A DNA stretch of 64,000 nucleotides from Planctomycetota bacterium (GTDB taxonomy: Bacteria > Planctomycetota > UBA8108 > SXIK01): positions 4,032,001 through 4,096,000 of the forward strand of contig CBDCXR010000004.1 in the NCBI GenBank assembly GCA_965223845.1. The letters are read 5' to 3'. Positions 44,162 to 54,348 of this stretch are shown in pieces. Numbering within the stretch: position 1 is the first letter of the stretch; every line of letters begins with the position of its first letter. A program made the position numbers and the translations under genes. The notes beneath the pieces are model-generated. The model ran no database searches. It was not told where the DNA came from and was given only the letters and a program-made list of their open reading frames with translations.

Positions 44162-47044
44162 ATGGCAGTTCGTCATCTGAGCCGCGGTCGCGCGTGGACC
44201 GGGCGCATCGAGTTTGCTGTCGTCCTTGTGTGCGTACTCGTTTCCGCGCGCTCGCTCGGGTTCGCCGAAGGTCGCGTCGCCATCAGCGAAATCTTGTACA
44301 ACGCACCGAACGACCTCGACACGGTTGAGTTCGTCGAGATCCACAACTACGGCGACGGTCCGGTCGATCTCTCCGGTTGGAAGTTCTCGCAGGGCGTCGC
44401 GTACCGGTTCCCGCCCGAGACCGAGGTCGCCCCGGGAGCGTTCGTGGTAATCTGCGCGGACGCCGCGGCGCTGGGCGAGCACTTTCCGAACGTCGAGCCG
44501 CTCGGCGAGTACGACGGCACGCTCGCTAACGGCGGGGAGCTCCTCGAGCTCGCCGACGCCGAGGGGAACGTCGTCGACAGGGTCGAGTACAACGACCGCG
44601 CGCCGTGGCCGACGATCGCCGATGGCTACGGTGCGTCCCTCGAGCGAATCGTCTTCGCTGCCGACGGCAATGAGCCCTCGGCATGGGGGCCGTCGCCAGC
44701 GCCAGGTCGCGAGCGTCGACCATCGGGTTCGCCGGGCAAGGCAAACTCGGTCTCACGCGCGACGCTTGCCATCGGCATCGCAGCGGTGGAGATAGAGCCG
44801 AGCTCGCCGCGGCCGGGGAAGCCGGTCTCGGTGCGCGTCCAGCTTCCATCCGCCGAGGCTTCACTCGTCGGAATCACGCTTCGACATCAGACGATCGCCG
44901 AAGGAAAAGTTCGGTCTCGCGGCGAGGTCGCACTCGAGAAGACGACCGATCGCGAGTGGACGGGAACGATTCCGCCGCAGCCCGAGGGGGAACTCGTGCG
45001 CTTCTTTGTCGAAGTGCGGGATGCGGCAGGCGCGACGCACCGCCATCCGTCCGAGCACGCACTCCGTCCCACGTACTCGTACGTCCACTTCGCCGTGTCC
45101 GACGCCGGAAGGATTCCGGCCGCGCACATCCTTCATTCCGATCGACGCGCGTACCTGCGGGCTCGCTCGGAGCGCAAGCGAGCGGGCCGGCGGGGCGGCG
45201 GGCCGATCGGAGCGATGATCGGGGGGATGATCCGGTCGAACGTCAATCTGACCGAGCACTGGAAGCGTCACTTCGCCGAAGGAGCGAAGGCGCTCTCAGA
45301 GAACGAGTATCGCGCGCTTCGAAGCGCCTACCGCGAGTCAGGCCGCGAGCTTTCGGAAACCATCGAGACCATCGTCGTTGCCGGCAACTTCCGGGAGCGC
45401 TTCGGCGACGGCTACCGCAAAGAAATCGACGCGGTTTTCAGCTCACACCTCGAGAGAGTGCGAGGCGCGATCGGCGAGGAGCGAGCGAAGACGGTGGAGG
45501 GTGCGCCTCCTCGCGGCGACGGCCGCCAGGGATTCCGCGGCGGCGCAGACGATGCGTTCACTCCCGACGGGCTCCGCTACTTCCTCGAGGTCGACGTCGA
45601 TCTCGAGTACTCCCAGTTGCAGGCTCTGCGCAGCGTCCACGAAACCGCTGCGGAGGGATGGAGGAAGCTCGGCTCCGGCGGCCCGGCCGGTCTTGTCGGG
45701 CGCTTCCTCGGGGGGCGCGGACGCGGGAGGAGAATCGATCCGGATCGAGCCGCCGCCTACGAAGAGGAGATTCGATCCACGCTCAAAGAAACGTTGAGCT
45801 CCACGCAGCTCGAGCAAGTCGACGAATGGCTCGCCACGCATTCGATGACCAGCGGAGGCGGCTCGAGGAGTCCGTTCGGTGGTCCACCGGCGCCGCCCCC
45901 ACCCTCGCGCGGTTCGAGCGCGTTCGTTCTCGTCTCGCCGGACCGCCGGAGCCACGAAACTTATGACTACGTCCACCTTCAGCCGCGACGCGGCGGATAC
46001 AAGGTGCGCTTCCACAAGGACCGCGAGCTGTCGTTCCCGGCGAGCGAACGCCCCGCACCGGTCGATCTCCGGACGATCAACCTCCTCTTCGAGGAGAACC
46101 CCCGCTTCGTGCTCGCCGAACATCTCGGCTATGCGGTCTACGAACGCGCCGGTGCGCCATCGCCTTTTTCCGATCACGTGCGGGTGATCTTCGACGGCGA
46201 TACGGTCGGCTACTACCTCGTCGTCGAGCAGGTGAACCGCGCGTTTCTCCGGCGCCACGGAAGGGACGACAACGGCGATCTCTTCAAGATTCTCTGGTAC
46301 GAGCGCGGCGTCGAGAACAAGCACGAGAAGAAGACGAATCCGTCGACCGGACACAAGGAACTGATCGAGCTCATCGAGGCGCTCGAGTCGACGAAGGGCG
46401 ACGAGCAGTGGGAGTTGATCGCCGAGAAGTTCAACGTCCCCGAGATGAGCGGCTACTTCGTCGCGAGCATGTGCACGTCCAACTGGGACGGATTCTTCAA
46501 CAACTACTTCACGTATCACGACACGGGCGGGACCGGAAAGTGGGAGATGTATCCGTGGGACGAAGACAAGACCTGGGGCTTCTACGACGGCATCGGTCGT
46601 GACCACGTGTTCGTCGACATGCCGATCACATTCGGCATGACAGGCGACGTTCCGCCGGGTCGCAGCGAGGCACCGCGCGGGTTCGGATTCGGCGGACGGA
46701 CGCCGTGGTGGCGCGGTCCGGGCTACTTCTCGGGTCCGCTGCTCGCGAATCCGACGTTTCGACTCCGGTTCCTCCAGCGACTCGTCGGATTCACCAGCGT
46801 CGTCTACACCGAAGGCATCTTCGGACCGATCATCGACGGACTCGAGGAGCGTCTCGAGGACGAAGTCGCGATCCGCGCGAGAGCGACCGGAGAGGACGAA
46901 GAGCGCGCGCTCACGGAGTTTCAGCACAACCTCAAATCGCTTCGTCGACACCTCCGCGAACGTCGCGAATTCTTACTCGCACAGCCCGAGCTCCGGCCGA
47001 TCATTCGAAAGCGGAAGGGAGGAGAGGCGGAAGAGGCGGAGTAG
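44162..47044 (+). CDS. Lamin-tail-domain / CotH kinase family protein
   Basis: VAISEILYN, EFVEIHN..VDLSGWKF, L.NGGE.LEL (LTD); YKVRFHK, LAEHLGY, YYLVVEQVN, NWDGFFNNYF, YPWDEDKTWG (CotH). Confidence 0.85.
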   Translation: MAVRHLSRGRAWTGRIEFAVVLVCVLVSARSLGFAEGRVAISEILYNAPNDLDTVEFVEIHNYGDGPVDLSGWKFSQGVAYRFPPETEVAPGAFVVICADAAALGEHFPNVEPLGEYDGTLANGGELLELADAEGNVVDRVEYNDRAPWPTIADGYGASLERIVFAADGNEPSAWGPSPAPGRERRPSGSPGKANSVSRATLAIGIAAVEIEPSSPRPGKPVSVRVQLPSAEASLVGITLRHQTIAEGKVRSRGEVALEKTTDREWTGTIPPQPEGELVRFFVEVRDAAGATHRHPSEHALRPTYSYVHFAVSDAGRIPAAHILHSDRRAYLRARSERKRAGRRGGGPIGAMIGGMIRSNVNLTEHWKRHFAEGAKALSENEYRALRSAYRESGRELSETIETIVVAGNFRERFGDGYRKEIDAVFSSHLERVRGAIGEERAKTVEGAPPRGDGRQGFRGGADDAFTPDGLRYFLEVDVDLEYSQLQALRSVHETAAEGWRKLGSGGPAGLVGRFLGGRGRGRRIDPDRAAAYEEEIRSTLKETLSSTQLEQVDEWLATHSMTSGGGSRSPFGGPPAPPPPSRGSSAFVLVSPDRRSHETYDYVHLQPRRGGYKVRFHKDRELSFPASERPAPVDLRTINLLFEENPRFVLAEHLGYAVYERAGAPSPFSDHVRVIFDGDTVGYYLVVEQVNRAFLRRHGRDDNGDLFKILWYERGVENKHEKKTNPSTGHKELIELIEALESTKGDEQWELIAEKFNVPEMSGYFVASMCTSNWDGFFNNYFTYHDTGGTGKWEMYPWDEDKTWGFYDGIGRDHVFVDMPITFGMTGDVPPGRSEAPRGFGFGGRTPWWRGPGYFSGPLLANPTFRLRFLQRLVGFTSVVYTEGIFGPIIDGLEERLEDEVAIRARATGEDEERALTEFQHNLKSLRRHLRERREFLLAQPELRPIIRKRKGGEAEEAE

Positions 47045-47071
47045 ACAGCGACACGACCCGAACGCCTCGGT

Positions 47072-48538
47072 TCATCCGTCTCCGTCTCCCGTCGGTGCGG
47101 CTGGTCCTTCGCCATCGCTCGAGTCCGGCGAGCGCGCGGCTCGCTGTCTCGCCCACTCGAGCCAACGCAGGTACGCCGGCTCGAGCTCCTCCCAGTTCCT
47201 CGACCCCCAGCGCTTCGCCTCGAGACCTTGATTGGTCCCGGTGAGTCGCTCGAGAGCACGCGCAACCGGCACGCGCACCCCCTCGTCACGATCGGCGAGC
47301 AAGTGAATGAGGTCGTCGATCGATGCCTCGGTCGCAAAGTCGGAAACGATCCGCGCGGCCTTGACGCGCTTCACCGGATTCTCGAGCGATCGCGACGACT
47401 CGATGTACCGGAGGAGCGGCACGACGCAGCTCGAACCGAGCTCCCGGATCTCCTGCTCGAGCAGCAAGTTCATCTTGCTCTTCCCGACGCCGGCAAGCAG
47501 CTCGTCGAGGCGTTCTTCGAGCTCCGCGCCATCTCGCTCCTCGAGAGCGAGGAGCGCGTTCGTCCACGACGCGGCAAGCGCGAGTTGCTGACGATCCATG
47601 GCGGAGACCCGGATGGTTTCCCCGACGACCGCGCGCTCTCCGCGGCGAAGAACGCGTGCGGCGCGGTTCGATTCGATCCTCGTCGAGCCCTCGAACACCG
47701 CGACTTGAACGCTCGCGCCGCGCGAACGCGCGACTTGGAAGCGCGTGCCGAGCGCAGTCACGAGCGCGTCCGCGGCGCGGACGTCGAAGGGAGTCGATCC
47801 GCGGACGACGGTCGAAGCGATGCGGCCGCGCGTGAGCTCCCAGCTTCGCGCCGAAACGAGGCGAACCTCCGTCCCGCGATCTAAGCGGACGAGGGAACCC
47901 TCCGCGTTCCGGATCTCACAGAGAGTCTCGGGCGCCGAGCGAATCCGCGCCCCCGCCGGGACGGCGGCGCCGAGCTCGAGCGCTCTCCACTCGCCGTCAT
48001 CGCCAGCGTGAATCTCGACCGGCCCCGTGGCGAACGCCAGACTCGCGATGCGGGGATCATCGACCGAGATCGCGACTCGAGGCGTCGGCTCCACGGCGGC
48101 CGGCTCGGGAGTCGGCGCCGAGGGCGGCACCGAGGGCCCGGATGCGCCGGGCTGAGATGGGCTAGGCTCGATGCCGGAAGGATCGGCCAGGGAAGGCGGC
48201 TGATCGGGACGAGCGGCTGAGACGACGATCCAACCGAGAAAGAACCCGATCGCGAGAGACGCCGCCACCGGAAGAACCCAATCGCTCCAAGCACGTGGAG
48301 TCGGCGCGGACGCGAACGAAGCCGCGAGGCGCTCGCCGAAGGCCTCGGCCGCGCGCTCGCGATCGGCGAAGGCCTCTCGTAGCTGGCGGTCGTGCGCGCG
48401 ACAGCGCTCCGCCAACTCGCGGCAGGACTCGCACGCATCGAGATGGGCGGCGAGATCGCGCGCGTCCGCGACCGAAATCTCTCGGTCGATGGACGCCGAG
48501 ATCAGCGCCTCCATGCGTTCGCAATCGATCGTCGTCAT
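47072..48538 (-). CDS. Anti-sigma factor: zf-HC2 + TM + FecR-like + HEAT repeat
   Basis: HLDACESC zinc motif; TM; VRLDRGT, VTALGTRF, VAVFEG (FecR); LIHLLADRDEGVRVPVARALERLTG (HEAT). Confidence 0.85.
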   Translation of the reverse strand: MTTIDCERMEALISASIDREISVADARDLAAHLDACESCRELAERCRAHDRQLREAFADRERAAEAFGERLAASFASAPTPRAWSDWVLPVAASLAIGFFLGWIVVSAARPDQPPSLADPSGIEPSPSQPGASGPSVPPSAPTPEPAAVEPTPRVAISVDDPRIASLAFATGPVEIHAGDDGEWRALELGAAVPAGARIRSAPETLCEIRNAEGSLVRLDRGTEVRLVSARSWELTRGRIASTVVRGSTPFDVRAADALVTALGTRFQVARSRGASVQVAVFEGSTRIESNRAARVLRRGERAVVGETIRVSAMDRQQLALAASWTNALLALEERDGAELEERLDELLAGVGKSKMNLLLEQEIRELGSSCVVPLLRYIESSRSLENPVKRVKAARIVSDFATEASIDDLIHLLADRDEGVRVPVARALERLTGTNQGLEAKRWGSRNWEELEPAYLRWLEWARQRAARSPDSSDGEGPAAPTGDGDG

Positions 48539-49107
48539 CTCCGCATCGACTCCATTCGAGTTCGGAGCGTAGCTCGTCCCTTCGTGAGCCTCGAATTCAC
48601 AGTCGCGACCGACACTTCGAGAAGCTCCGCGAGCTGCGCGTAGGTGTGATCACCGTAGTAGTAGAGCATCAACGCGGTGCGGTACTCCTCCGGGAGCTTG
48701 TCGAGCTCCTCGAGGAGGCGCGACGTTTCCTCGTCGCGCTCGAGAGGGTCGGGCACCGCCTCCGTCTCGCGGGCGCCGGTGGACGACGGATCCCGGTCCG
48801 GGCTCCAATCGTCGCCGAGCTGACTGAAGAGTACCATCGGTCGCTGCTGTGATCTGATCCAGTCGAAGCACGCGCGCCGGGCGATCCCGCGGAGCCACGG
48901 TCCGAACTTCTCCGCGTGGCGGAGCGATCCGAGCGCCGCGTACGCGCGAACGAACGTTTCCTGCGAGAGGTCCTCAGCGGCCGTGCGATTGCGCACGAGC
49001 GCGTGGCAGAGCGCGAGCACGCGGTGCGACCAAAGCCTCACGAGCGCCGCAAAGGCGTCGCGCCGACCCTGGATCGCGCGTCGAACCAGCTTGCCTTCGG
49101 ACGTCAA
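48535..49107 (-). CDS. ECF RNA polymerase sigma factor
   Basis: AFAALV, AEDLSQETFVRAY, FGPWLRGIA, LDKLPEEYRTAL, ATVNSRL; overlaps the anti-sigma start by 4 nt. Confidence 0.92.
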   Translation of the reverse strand: MTSEGKLVRRAIQGRRDAFAALVRLWSHRVLALCHALVRNRTAAEDLSQETFVRAYAALGSLRHAEKFGPWLRGIARRACFDWIRSQQRPMVLFSQLGDDWSPDRDPSSTGARETEAVPDPLERDEETSRLLEELDKLPEEYRTALMLYYYGDHTYAQLAELLEVSVATVNSRLTKGRATLRTRMESMRR

Positions 49108-49278
49108 GTCGTTCTCCCGCGAGTCCGTCTGTTGCCTTACGCGTCTAAGTCGTGCCCGACGCGAGATCCAATACGAAAAAATCGGCTTTTTCTCCAGTGC
49201 CTCTCGAGGCGAAGGCGACTGAGTCGCCGATGGCGTCGTACGTGCGGCGTCCGCCCAAACTCAGACGGGAGGTGCACG

Positions 49279-50697
49279 ATGCGCAGCAGACCTACCCTTT
49301 GGACATTCTCGTGCCTCGTGGCGGCGCTCGTTCTCGTGGCGCAACCGGTTCGCGCCGAGGACAAGCTCATCGCTCACGAGTGGGGAACATTCACGACGCT
49401 TCAGAACGAGAGTGGAGAGGAGCTGACCGGAATCAACATCGACGATGAGCCGGTGCCGAGCTTCGTCCACAACCTCAGTCGGTTCGTGCTTCAGCCGACC
49501 TTTCTCACCAACCGGCACTGGATCCGGCGCATGAAAGGCGCGCCGCGGCACCACCCGCGCGTCACCATGCGACTCGAGACACCGGTCATCTATTTTTACC
49601 GGCCGAGCGGCGGCAAGCAGCCGTCCGAAATCGACGTGCGGGTGAAGTTTCGCGGGGGCTGGCTCACGGAGTTCTTTCCCGCCGCGGCGGCCAAGGCCCC
49701 GGGCATCCGCGACAACTTCGTCTTTGCGGATCTCCAGCCGACGACCGTGAGCTCGCTCGAGTGGAAGGATCTCCGTGTCGGCGTCCGAGGAAAGTTCCCC
49801 GCGACGAAAGATCACGTCTGGACGACGCCGCGCGCGGTCGATTCGGAGCCGATCTCGACCGCGAAGGGTGAAAGCGAGCAGTACGTGTTCTATCGCGGAG
49901 TGGCGAATCTTCGGTCGCCGCTTCGAGTCACCGCCGGCGAAGACGAAAGCTCGCTCGAGCTCCGCGCGAACTTCGGCGACGTGAAGTGCGGCAAGGGAAC
50001 TCGCGTGCCGGCGATGTGGCTCGTCGACGTGCGCGCGGACGGCAAGCTCGCATTTCGCGAGTTCGACGGGGTGAACGTGACGAGCGACGAGGAAACGCTT
50101 CTCGCGACGCTCGACGCGCGTTTTGGTGAGGAGGACTACCACGCGTTCAATCTCAAAGTGCTGAAGAAGCTCATGTGGATCGCGATCCGCGACGACGGGC
50201 TCTATCCAGACGAAGCGACCGCCATGCTCGAGACGTGGAACCGCGCCTACTTCGAAAGCCCGGGCCGTCGTCTCTTCTTCGTCGTCCCGCGCGAGTGGAC
50301 CGACCACTATCTCCCGATCGAAATCGAGTCCGCCGCCGAGGTCGAGCGTGTCATGATCGGGCGCATCGAGCTCGTGACGAGCGAGCAGCGTCGCCTCCTC
50401 CGGGAGATCGCGACGGCGCCGGCTCCCGACGCGTCGTGGGTGCGCAAGATCCCGAGGACGAAGGCGCGCGAGCGATTCCTCGCCGGACGCATGGACTTCG
50501 GCGATCTCGGGGTCGAAATTCCCGCTCACTACCAGCGGTACCTCGGCCTCGGTCGCTTTCGAAACGCGCTCATCGTCGAGGAGGAGCGAGTTCGACCGAC
50601 GACGGCGCTGAGCGCGTTCATCGATTCCTACGGACTTAGACCCTACGCCCCGAAGAATCGGAAGCGCCCGCAAGCGGAGAAGCCGCGCGCCGACTGA
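49279..50697 (+). CDS. Secreted hypothetical protein (HEWGTFT-motif family)
   Basis: GGAGG RBS; signal peptide ...VAQPVRA; HEWGTFT, RLETPVIYFY, GGWLTEFFP, FYRG, GLYPDEA.AMLETW, RVMIGRIEL. Confidence 0.75.
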   Translation: MRSRPTLWTFSCLVAALVLVAQPVRAEDKLIAHEWGTFTTLQNESGEELTGINIDDEPVPSFVHNLSRFVLQPTFLTNRHWIRRMKGAPRHHPRVTMRLETPVIYFYRPSGGKQPSEIDVRVKFRGGWLTEFFPAAAAKAPGIRDNFVFADLQPTTVSSLEWKDLRVGVRGKFPATKDHVWTTPRAVDSEPISTAKGESEQYVFYRGVANLRSPLRVTAGEDESSLELRANFGDVKCGKGTRVPAMWLVDVRADGKLAFREFDGVNVTSDEETLLATLDARFGEEDYHAFNLKVLKKLMWIAIRDDGLYPDEATAMLETWNRAYFESPGRRLFFVVPREWTDHYLPIEIESAAEVERVMIGRIELVTSEQRRLLREIATAPAPDASWVRKIPRTKARERFLAGRMDFGDLGVEIPAHYQRYLGLGRFRNALIVEEERVRPTTALSAFIDSYGLRPYAPKNRKRPQAEKPRAD

Positions 50698-50934
50698 TTT
50701 CGTATTCGCGTCTTCCACGAACAGGTTCGCACGAAGAGCGCGAACGAACGGTGTGGGCGACGAAGACGACGACAGACCTCGCGTTGCGAAGGACAGACCG
50801 ATGAAATCGCAAGAAGAGTCAGCTCACCGAGTCTGGTGAGGACTACGGGCTAGTGTTACTCTGCACGGAGCGCCGGCGCGCTGATCGCGTCGGCGCTCCA
50901 TCCTTTTCGTATTCCCCGTGCAGCCGAGCCCGTC

Positions 50935-53900
50935 ATGACTCCTTCCGATTCTCGCGTCCGCGTCTTCGTGCCCCCGTTCGCTCTCTTGCTCTTGGTCGGT
51001 ATGTTCAGCGAAGGTTCGGGCGCTCCCGAAGACGGCGAATCCCCCCCGGGCGACTTTGCTCCCGCGACGCCGGCCGAAGCGAAGCAGAGTGCGGATGAGA
51101 CGAAGAGCGAGAAATGGGACGTCGACGCGCCGCCCGGTCCGTCGAAGGAGATCGCGATCGACACCGACGAGGGAACGTGGCTGAACGTCGACGTCAGCCC
51201 GAACGGTGCGCGGATCGCGTTCGACCTTCTCGGCGACATCTATACGGTGAACGTCGCCGGCAGCACGGAACGCCTGACGAGCGGTGTGGCCTGGGACATG
51301 CAGCCGCGCTTCAGTCCGGACGGTTCGCTCATCGCGTTCACGAGCGATCGCGGCGGCGGCGACAATATCTGGGTGATGAAGAGCGACGGTTCCGAGCCCC
51401 GTGCGATCACGAACGAATCGTTTCGCCTGCTGAACAGCCCCGCGTGGACGCCCGACGGTGATTACATTCTCGCGCGAAAGCACTTCACGTCGCGCCGCTC
51501 GCTCGGCGCAGGCGAGATTTGGCTCTATCACCGGAGCGGTGGCGGATCCGGGATCCAGCTCGTCGCGCGGCCGAACGATCAGAAGGATCTCGGCGAGCCC
51601 GCAGCGTCTCCCGACGGACGTTACGTCTACTACAGTCGCGACGTCACTCCGGGATCTACGTTCGAGTACAACAAGGACTCGAACGGAGAGATCTACGCGA
51701 TTCTCCGTCTCGACCGCGAGACCGGTGAAATCGAGCGAGTGACCGGCGGACCGGGAGGTGCGATCCGACCGACCCCGTCGCCCGACGGCAAGTCTCTCGC
51801 GTTCATTCGCCGCGTGCGTTTTCGGAGCGTTCTCTTCGTCCGCGATCTCGCCTCGGGCGCCGAACGTGCGGTGTTCGACGACCTCGACCGCGACATGCAA
51901 GAGACGTGGGCGATCCACGGCGTGTACGCGCAGATGGCGTGGACGCCGGACAGCAGCTCGATCGTCCTCTGGGCCGGCGGCAAGATTCGGCGGATCGACA
52001 TTGCATCGGGAGAGGCGACGACGATTCCGTTCCGCGTTCGAGATACGCGAACCGTCGCGGAGACGCTGCGGGTTCCGATCGAAGTGAGCCCGGACGAGTT
52101 CGACGTCAAGCTGATCCGCTGGGCGAGCACGGGCGGCGACGGGACGTCCATCGTTTTCCAGGCGCTCGGACGCGTCTACGTCCGCGATCTCGGTGACGGA
52201 ACAACGCGACCGCTCACGACCGCGGACGAGCACTTCGAGCACGCCCCCACCGCGTCCCGCGACGGGAAGAGCGTCGTCTTTGCGACCTGGGACGACGAGG
52301 AGCTGGGTTCGATCCGTCTGGCCCCGGTCGCGGGTGGGGAAGCGATGGTTCTCGTCGACGCGCGCGGCCACTACACTGATCCCGTGCTGAGTCCCGACGG
52401 CGGCACGGTCGTCTACCGGAAGATGACGGGAGGCGGCCTCCTCAACCCGCTCTGGTCGATCGAGCCGGGAGTCTACGCGCTCCGCATCGGCGAACATTCG
52501 GAGGATGCGACTCCCGTGCGACTGGTTACGTCCGGTCGCCGCCCGCACTTCGGCGCCGCGTCAGATCGCGTGTATTTCACGGGCTCAAGCGGAGGAAAAG
52601 CCGCGCTGAAGAGCATCCGGCTCGACCGCACGGAAGAGCGCACGCACCTCACGAGCGAGAACGGCACCGAGTTTCGTGTCTCACCCGACGGCCGATGGGT
52701 CGCGTTCATCGAGCGGTTCAACGTGTACGTTCTCCCGTTCATCTCGACCGGAAAGCCGCTCGCCGTCGGTCCGAAGACGAAGTCGATCCCGGTTGCGCGC
52801 GTGAGCCACGACGCCGGCGTGTACGTCCATTGGTCCGCCGACTCGCAGATGCTCCACTGGACGCTCGGCGGAAAGTTCTACTCGCAGCCCCTCGCGCACG
52901 CGTTCGCGTTTCTCGAGGGAGCGCCCGACCCCCTTCCGGGTGCGCAGAAAGAGAGCGTCGAGATCGGTTTTCGCCAACCGGCGTATCGGCCGGAAGGAAT
53001 CGTCGCGCTCGTCGGTGCTCGCGTCATCACCATGCGCGGCGACGAGGTCATCGCGGATGGAGCGGTCGTGTTCGAGAGAGATCGAATTACGGCGATCGGG
53101 CCGCGCGGAGAAGTCGCGATTCCGGATGGCGCGCGCGTCGTTGATTGCGCGGGGAAAACGATCCTCCCCGGCCTCGTCGACGTCCACGCCCACGGCGCAC
53201 AGGCGTCGAGCGGAATCGTCCCCGAGCAAAATTACATCTCGTACTCGGAACTCTCCTTTGGCGTAACGACGATTCACGATCCGTCGAACAACACCGAAGC
53301 GATCTTCGCCGCGAGCGAGCTCGCAAAGGCGGGGCGAATCGTATCGCCGCGAGTTTTCTCCACCGGAACGATCCTCTACGGCGCGGCGGGATCGTTCAAA
53401 GCCGAGGTCGACAGCCTCGACGACGCGCGTTTCCATCTCCGGCGGATGCAAGCAGTCGGCGCGTTCACCGTGAAGAGCTACAACCAGCCGCGCCGCGATC
53501 AGCGGCAGCAGGTCATGACCGCAGCCCGCGAGCTGGGAATGATGGTCGTGCCCGAGGGTGGATCGCTTTTCCAGCACAACATGACGATGGTGGTCGATGG
53601 TCACACCGGCGTCGAGCACTGTCTTCCGGTCGCCAAGGTCTACTCGGACGTCGTTCAGCTCTGGTCACAGACGAAGACCGGATACACGCCAACGCTCGGT
53701 GTGGCGTACGGCGGAATCTCCGGCGAGCGCTACTGGTACGACACGACCGACGTGTGGAAGAACGAGCGGCTGCTCCAGTTCGTCCCGCGCCGCCGCGTCG
53801 ATCCGCTCGCGCGGCGACGAACGAAAGCTCCGCTGGAGGAGTACAACCACATCGACGCGGCGAAGATCTGCAAACAGTTCGTCGACGCTGGAATCGGCGT

Positions 53901-54297
53901 TCAGCTCGGTGCTCACGGCCAGCGGGAGGGGCTCGCGGCCCACTGGGAACTCTGGATGTTCGCCCAGGGCGGAATGACGCCGCACGAAGCGCTCCGCTCG
54001 GCGACGCTCAGTGGGGCCGAGTATCTCGGACTCGACGGCGATATCGGGTCGATCGCACCGGGGAAGCTCGCCGATCTGATCGTTGTAGACGGAAACCCTC
54101 TCGACAACATCCGCGACTCGGAGAAGATTTTCTACACGATCGTCGGCGGTCGCGTGTACGAAGCGCGCACGATGGACGAGATCGGACCCAACGGCCGGAA
54201 GCGGAAGCCGTTCTACTTCGAGACGGGCGCGGACTCGAGTCCGAGTTTCGGCGTGGAATCCGCGTGTGGTTGCGCGCGGTCGACGCAGTCTCATTGA
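50935..54297 (+). CDS. Amidohydrolase with TolB/PD40 beta-propeller repeats
   Basis: Repeated (F/V)SPDG motifs; PGLVDVHAH, GVTTIHDP, GAHGQREG, GSIAPGKLADL. Confidence 0.9.
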   Translation: MTPSDSRVRVFVPPFALLLLVGMFSEGSGAPEDGESPPGDFAPATPAEAKQSADETKSEKWDVDAPPGPSKEIAIDTDEGTWLNVDVSPNGARIAFDLLGDIYTVNVAGSTERLTSGVAWDMQPRFSPDGSLIAFTSDRGGGDNIWVMKSDGSEPRAITNESFRLLNSPAWTPDGDYILARKHFTSRRSLGAGEIWLYHRSGGGSGIQLVARPNDQKDLGEPAASPDGRYVYYSRDVTPGSTFEYNKDSNGEIYAILRLDRETGEIERVTGGPGGAIRPTPSPDGKSLAFIRRVRFRSVLFVRDLASGAERAVFDDLDRDMQETWAIHGVYAQMAWTPDSSSIVLWAGGKIRRIDIASGEATTIPFRVRDTRTVAETLRVPIEVSPDEFDVKLIRWASTGGDGTSIVFQALGRVYVRDLGDGTTRPLTTADEHFEHAPTASRDGKSVVFATWDDEELGSIRLAPVAGGEAMVLVDARGHYTDPVLSPDGGTVVYRKMTGGGLLNPLWSIEPGVYALRIGEHSEDATPVRLVTSGRRPHFGAASDRVYFTGSSGGKAALKSIRLDRTEERTHLTSENGTEFRVSPDGRWVAFIERFNVYVLPFISTGKPLAVGPKTKSIPVARVSHDAGVYVHWSADSQMLHWTLGGKFYSQPLAHAFAFLEGAPDPLPGAQKESVEIGFRQPAYRPEGIVALVGARVITMRGDEVIADGAVVFERDRITAIGPRGEVAIPDGARVVDCAGKTILPGLVDVHAHGAQASSGIVPEQNYISYSELSFGVTTIHDPSNNTEAIFAASELAKAGRIVSPRVFSTGTILYGAAGSFKAEVDSLDDARFHLRRMQAVGAFTVKSYNQPRRDQRQQVMTAARELGMMVVPEGGSLFQHNMTMVVDGHTGVEHCLPVAKVYSDVVQLWSQTKTGYTPTLGVAYGGISGERYWYDTTDVWKNERLLQFVPRRRVDPLARRRTKAPLEEYNHIDAAKICKQFVDAGIGVQLGAHGQREGLAAHWELWMFAQGGMTPHEALRSATLSGAEYLGLDGDIGSIAPGKLADLIVVDGNPLDNIRDSEKIFYTIVGGRVYEARTMDEIGPNGRKRKPFYFETGADSSPSFGVESACGCARSTQSH

Positions 54298-54348
54298 CCG
54301 CGCCGTGAAGGTGAGATCCGCGTAGCGAATGGACCCGGGACGAGACGC

